Of a DNA stretch of 35,437 nucleotides, positions 33,326-35,437 are shown one piece after another. A program made the translations under genes and the position numbers. The notes beneath the pieces were generated by a model. It did no database searches and was not told where the DNA came from. It saw only the letters and a list, made by a program, of their open reading frames with translations. Source of the stretch: Methanomicrobiales archaeon (GTDB lineage Archaea > Halobacteriota > Methanomicrobia > Methanomicrobiales > Methanospirillaceae); the NCBI GenBank assembly GCA_013415575.1, contig JAAEES010000009.1:1-35437 (forward strand). The letters are read 5' to 3'. Each line of letters opens with the position of its first letter. Position 1 is the stretch's first letter.

Positions 33326-33993
33326 TCGAGATCCGGGACCTGGCCTTCCGCTCGATCAGGATCGGGCACCTTCTCATTCCTGATGGCACCACCGCCCTCA
33401 TCGGGGCGAACGGGAGCGGGAAGACGACCCTGCTCCGCCTGCTTGCAGGGCTTACCCCTCCGGATACCGGAAGCATCACCGTTGACGGAATGCTTCCGGA
33501 ACCCGGTTGTGCCGGATTTGTCAATGAGTACCCCGACAGAAACGCCCTCTTCTCCCGTTTTGCCGATGAACTCGCCGCACCGCTCCGGTTCCGTCATATA
33601 CCCTGTGAAGAGCTGGAGCAGCGGGTCAAAGAGGCCGCCGCAACTGCCGGCCTCGAGCGTCAGCTTGAGCGGACCATGGATACCCTCTCCGGAGGAGAAA
33701 AAGTTCTGGCAGCACTCCTCTCGGCCCTGATCTCCTCCCCTGAGACCCTCATCCTCGACGAGTTTGACTCGCATCTCGACTATGACTCACTGGTGCTGGC
33801 GGAGAATCTCATCTCCTCATCGGGTGCACGGAGGGTGATCCGCTGTACCCAGAATATGGACCTTGCTGCACAGTACGGGAGGGTCATTGTCCTGCACCGG
33901 GGAAGAGTACTCAGGGCGGGCAGCCCGGAAGAGGTCTTCCCCGCCCTGGAAGAGACCTGCTGCTATCCTTTTTCCTGGAGGGCCTTCCGGTGA
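33322..33993 (+). CDS. ecfA: ECF transporter ATPase component (EcfA/BioM-like), deviant Q-loop and H-loop
   Basis: Walker A GANGSGKTT, signature LSGGE, Walker B LILDEF. The Q-loop position reads VNEYP and the switch position reads CTQN instead of a His. Confidence 0.85.
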   Translation: MIEIRDLAFRSIRIGHLLIPDGTTALIGANGSGKTTLLRLLAGLTPPDTGSITVDGMLPEPGCAGFVNEYPDRNALFSRFADELAAPLRFRHIPCEELEQRVKEAAATAGLERQLERTMDTLSGGEKVLAALLSALISSPETLILDEFDSHLDYDSLVLAENLISSSGARRVIRCTQNMDLAAQYGRVIVLHRGRVLRAGSPEEVFPALEETCCYPFSWRAFR

Positions 33994-34688
33994 AACTTTC
34001 CCTGTCAGCCGTGGAGTGGCACGCGGGGTCCTGGAAATTCCGGGCAGATGCGACCTTCACCCCGGGTGTGCACCTGGTTTCCGGAAGAGTGGGATCCGGC
34101 AAGACCACCCTCGCCCTGCTCTCCGCACGGCAGCTTCAGCCGGATGCAGGGACGGTTGTATGTGAGGACATCCGGTCGTGCACCCTCTCCTTCCAGTATC
34201 CGGAATACCATATCACAGGGTCAACCTTGTACGAGGAGGCTGAATCCTACGGAGTGGATCCGTTTGCAGCATGTGCCAGGGCAGGGCTCGCCGGGAGAGA
34301 TGAGGAGGATCCGTTCCGTCTCTCCCGGGGAGAACTGAAATGGTTCCAGCTCACGTGTCTCTTGATGCGGCGGTGGGACCTGCTCATTCTCGATGAACCC
34401 TTCAGCGCTCTCGACTGCCGGGGCAAGCTGGCCGTATGCCGCGCAATCGAAGAAAACCGGGGCGGAATTGTGCTGGTCAGCACCCATGAGCAGTATATTC
34501 TCCCGAAGACTGATTTCCTCTGGGAGATGATGTCCGGAGAGCTGACCCTTCGTGGGACTCTTCCTGATGCGATATCCACCTGGGAATCGGCACCTGCTCT
34601 GGTCAGGAGGCTCCGGGAACAGGGTGTGCTCCCCGCCAACCTGACCCGGGACGATATTCTGGAGGCGGCATGCAGGATGCACGAATAA
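33990..34688 (+). CDS. ECF transporter ATPase component (EcfA'), deviant signature motif
   Basis: GTG start in a GTGA overlap. Walker A GRVGSGKTT, Q-loop SFQYP, signature LSRGE, Walker B LLILDEP, H-loop STHE. Confidence 0.85.
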   Translation: MKLSLSAVEWHAGSWKFRADATFTPGVHLVSGRVGSGKTTLALLSARQLQPDAGTVVCEDIRSCTLSFQYPEYHITGSTLYEEAESYGVDPFAACARAGLAGRDEEDPFRLSRGELKWFQLTCLLMRRWDLLILDEPFSALDCRGKLAVCRAIEENRGGIVLVSTHEQYILPKTDFLWEMMSGELTLRGTLPDAISTWESAPALVRRLREQGVLPANLTRDDILEAACRMHE

Positions 34689-35323
34689 GGCTGATCGCCC
34701 TCGTCAGCCTTTCGATCGCCACCTTTCTGTCAGTCACGGGAGCCCTCCTCACCCTGGCGTGGCTCGTCCTCTCTCCCCGGCCGCTCAAAGAGGCCATGAA
34801 ATCGGCAGCATTCTGGGTAATCATCCTCTTTGTCGCCATTATTGCCACCGTGACCCAGGTGACCGGCAATGACGGGATCTCGTATCTCATCAGGACGGGG
34901 GTAATCATCCTGCTCGCCTTTTCGGTCTACATGGAATGGCATCCGGGAGAATACCTCGACCTATCAGTCTGGCTTTTTGGCAAGAAGGCCGGTTTTGATA
35001 TCGGGCTTGCTGTTGAGATGAGCATCCAGGGCCTCCACGAGGCCTCCCGGGAGTTTGCGAGGATCCGGTCGGCACTCTTGCTCAAAGAACTGAAGCCGTG
35101 CATCGGTATGATCCCTTCGGTGGGATTCCTCCTGATTCATACCCGCCTGATGCGGGCCCGGGAACAGGCCGACCTGCTCGCCACCAGGGGATACCGGGCC
35201 GGAGGGAGCTGCTGCCCGGTGTTCCGGACTTCATACCAGGATAAAATCATGGGTTTTCTGGCAATTCTCATATTATTCCTTTCTTTTTTTCCTGTTCGTG
35301 ATATTTTTATACTTCAGATGTAA
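34670..35323 (+). CDS. ecfT: ECF transporter transmembrane component EcfT (BioN/CbiQ family)
   Basis: 217-aa polytopic protein. The cytoplasmic coupling-helix region has Arg-rich motifs (FARIRSALLLK, RAREQADLLATRGY). It overlaps ecfA' by 19 nt. Confidence 0.8.
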   Translation: MQDARIRLIALVSLSIATFLSVTGALLTLAWLVLSPRPLKEAMKSAAFWVIILFVAIIATVTQVTGNDGISYLIRTGVIILLAFSVYMEWHPGEYLDLSVWLFGKKAGFDIGLAVEMSIQGLHEASREFARIRSALLLKELKPCIGMIPSVGFLLIHTRLMRAREQADLLATRGYRAGGSCCPVFRTSYQDKIMGFLAILILFLSFFPVRDIFILQM

Positions 35324-35377
35324 AGGTTTTAAAGGTTTGAACAGAGCCCCTGTTAATAAATACGCCGGAGGAGCCTG

Positions 35378-35437
35378 ATGAGTTACGGACGTCTGCTGAT
35401 TACTGATACCACGCTTCGGGATGCCCACCAGTCCCTT
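35378..35437 (+). CDS. pycB: pyruvate carboxylase subunit B / oxaloacetate decarboxylase alpha-type carboxyltransferase, 5' fragment
   Basis: MSYGRLLITDTTLRDAHQSL matches the conserved N-terminus (ITDTTLRDxHQS) of HMGL-like biotin-dependent carboxyltransferases. GGAGGAG lies upstream. The gene runs off the window. Confidence 0.7.
   Translation, partial: MSYGRLLITDTTLRDAHQSL

Noticed and set aside
1-35437. CRISPR arrays, transposases, integrases, restriction-modification or known defence genes
   Set aside because: I found no regularly spaced direct repeats and no ORF with recognisable integrase, transposase, nuclease-helicase or Cas motifs. The only mobile-element-like signal is the tRNA-Ala repeat locus, which is reported separately.

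Overview
The gene content points to a GC-rich hydrogenotrophic methanogen, probably Methanomicrobiales. All calls come from reading the sequence and the ORF track, with no database search.

Layout:
- 1-9401: the distal part of an energy-converting [NiFe] hydrogenase A (Eha) operon. It holds the membrane subunits, NuoH-like EhaJ, NuoB-like EhaN, large subunit EhaO and a polyferredoxin. It runs without a break, through stop/start overlaps, into formylmethanofuran dehydrogenase fwdDBAC.
- 9.4-16 kb: an accessory-looking block, mostly on the minus strand. It holds two PEGA-domain surface proteins, a membrane-anchored LamG-like protein, a DUF362/2x[4Fe-4S] protein with a small membrane partner, a SAM methyltransferase, MsrB, several very small Cys-rich genes missing from the ORF track, and tRNA-His.
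- 16-23 kb: housekeeping genes aIF5B, S6e, S8e, HypB, a PHP phosphoesterase, Gar1 and TFB.
- 23.2-23.75 kb: two tRNA-Ala genes embedded in a family of hairpin repeats and tRNA 3'-end fragments.
- 24-28 kb, minus strand: a thioredoxin / F420-NADP oxidoreductase / class II aldolase operon, then secF-secD.
- 28-35 kb, plus strand: an archease-RtcB operon carrying three uncharacterised co-transcribed genes. A biotin unit follows (birA, a predicted BirA operator, bioY, ecfA, ecfA', ecfT), then the 5' end of pyruvate carboxylase subunit B.

I found no CRISPR array, transposase, integrase or recognisable defence system.

The most unusual items are:
- the Eha-polyferredoxin-Fwd genetic fusion;
- the tRNA-Ala repeat locus;
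- the extended RtcB operon;
- the trx-npdG junction;
- the apparently asymmetric ECF ATPase pair;
- an intergenic candidate sRNA.
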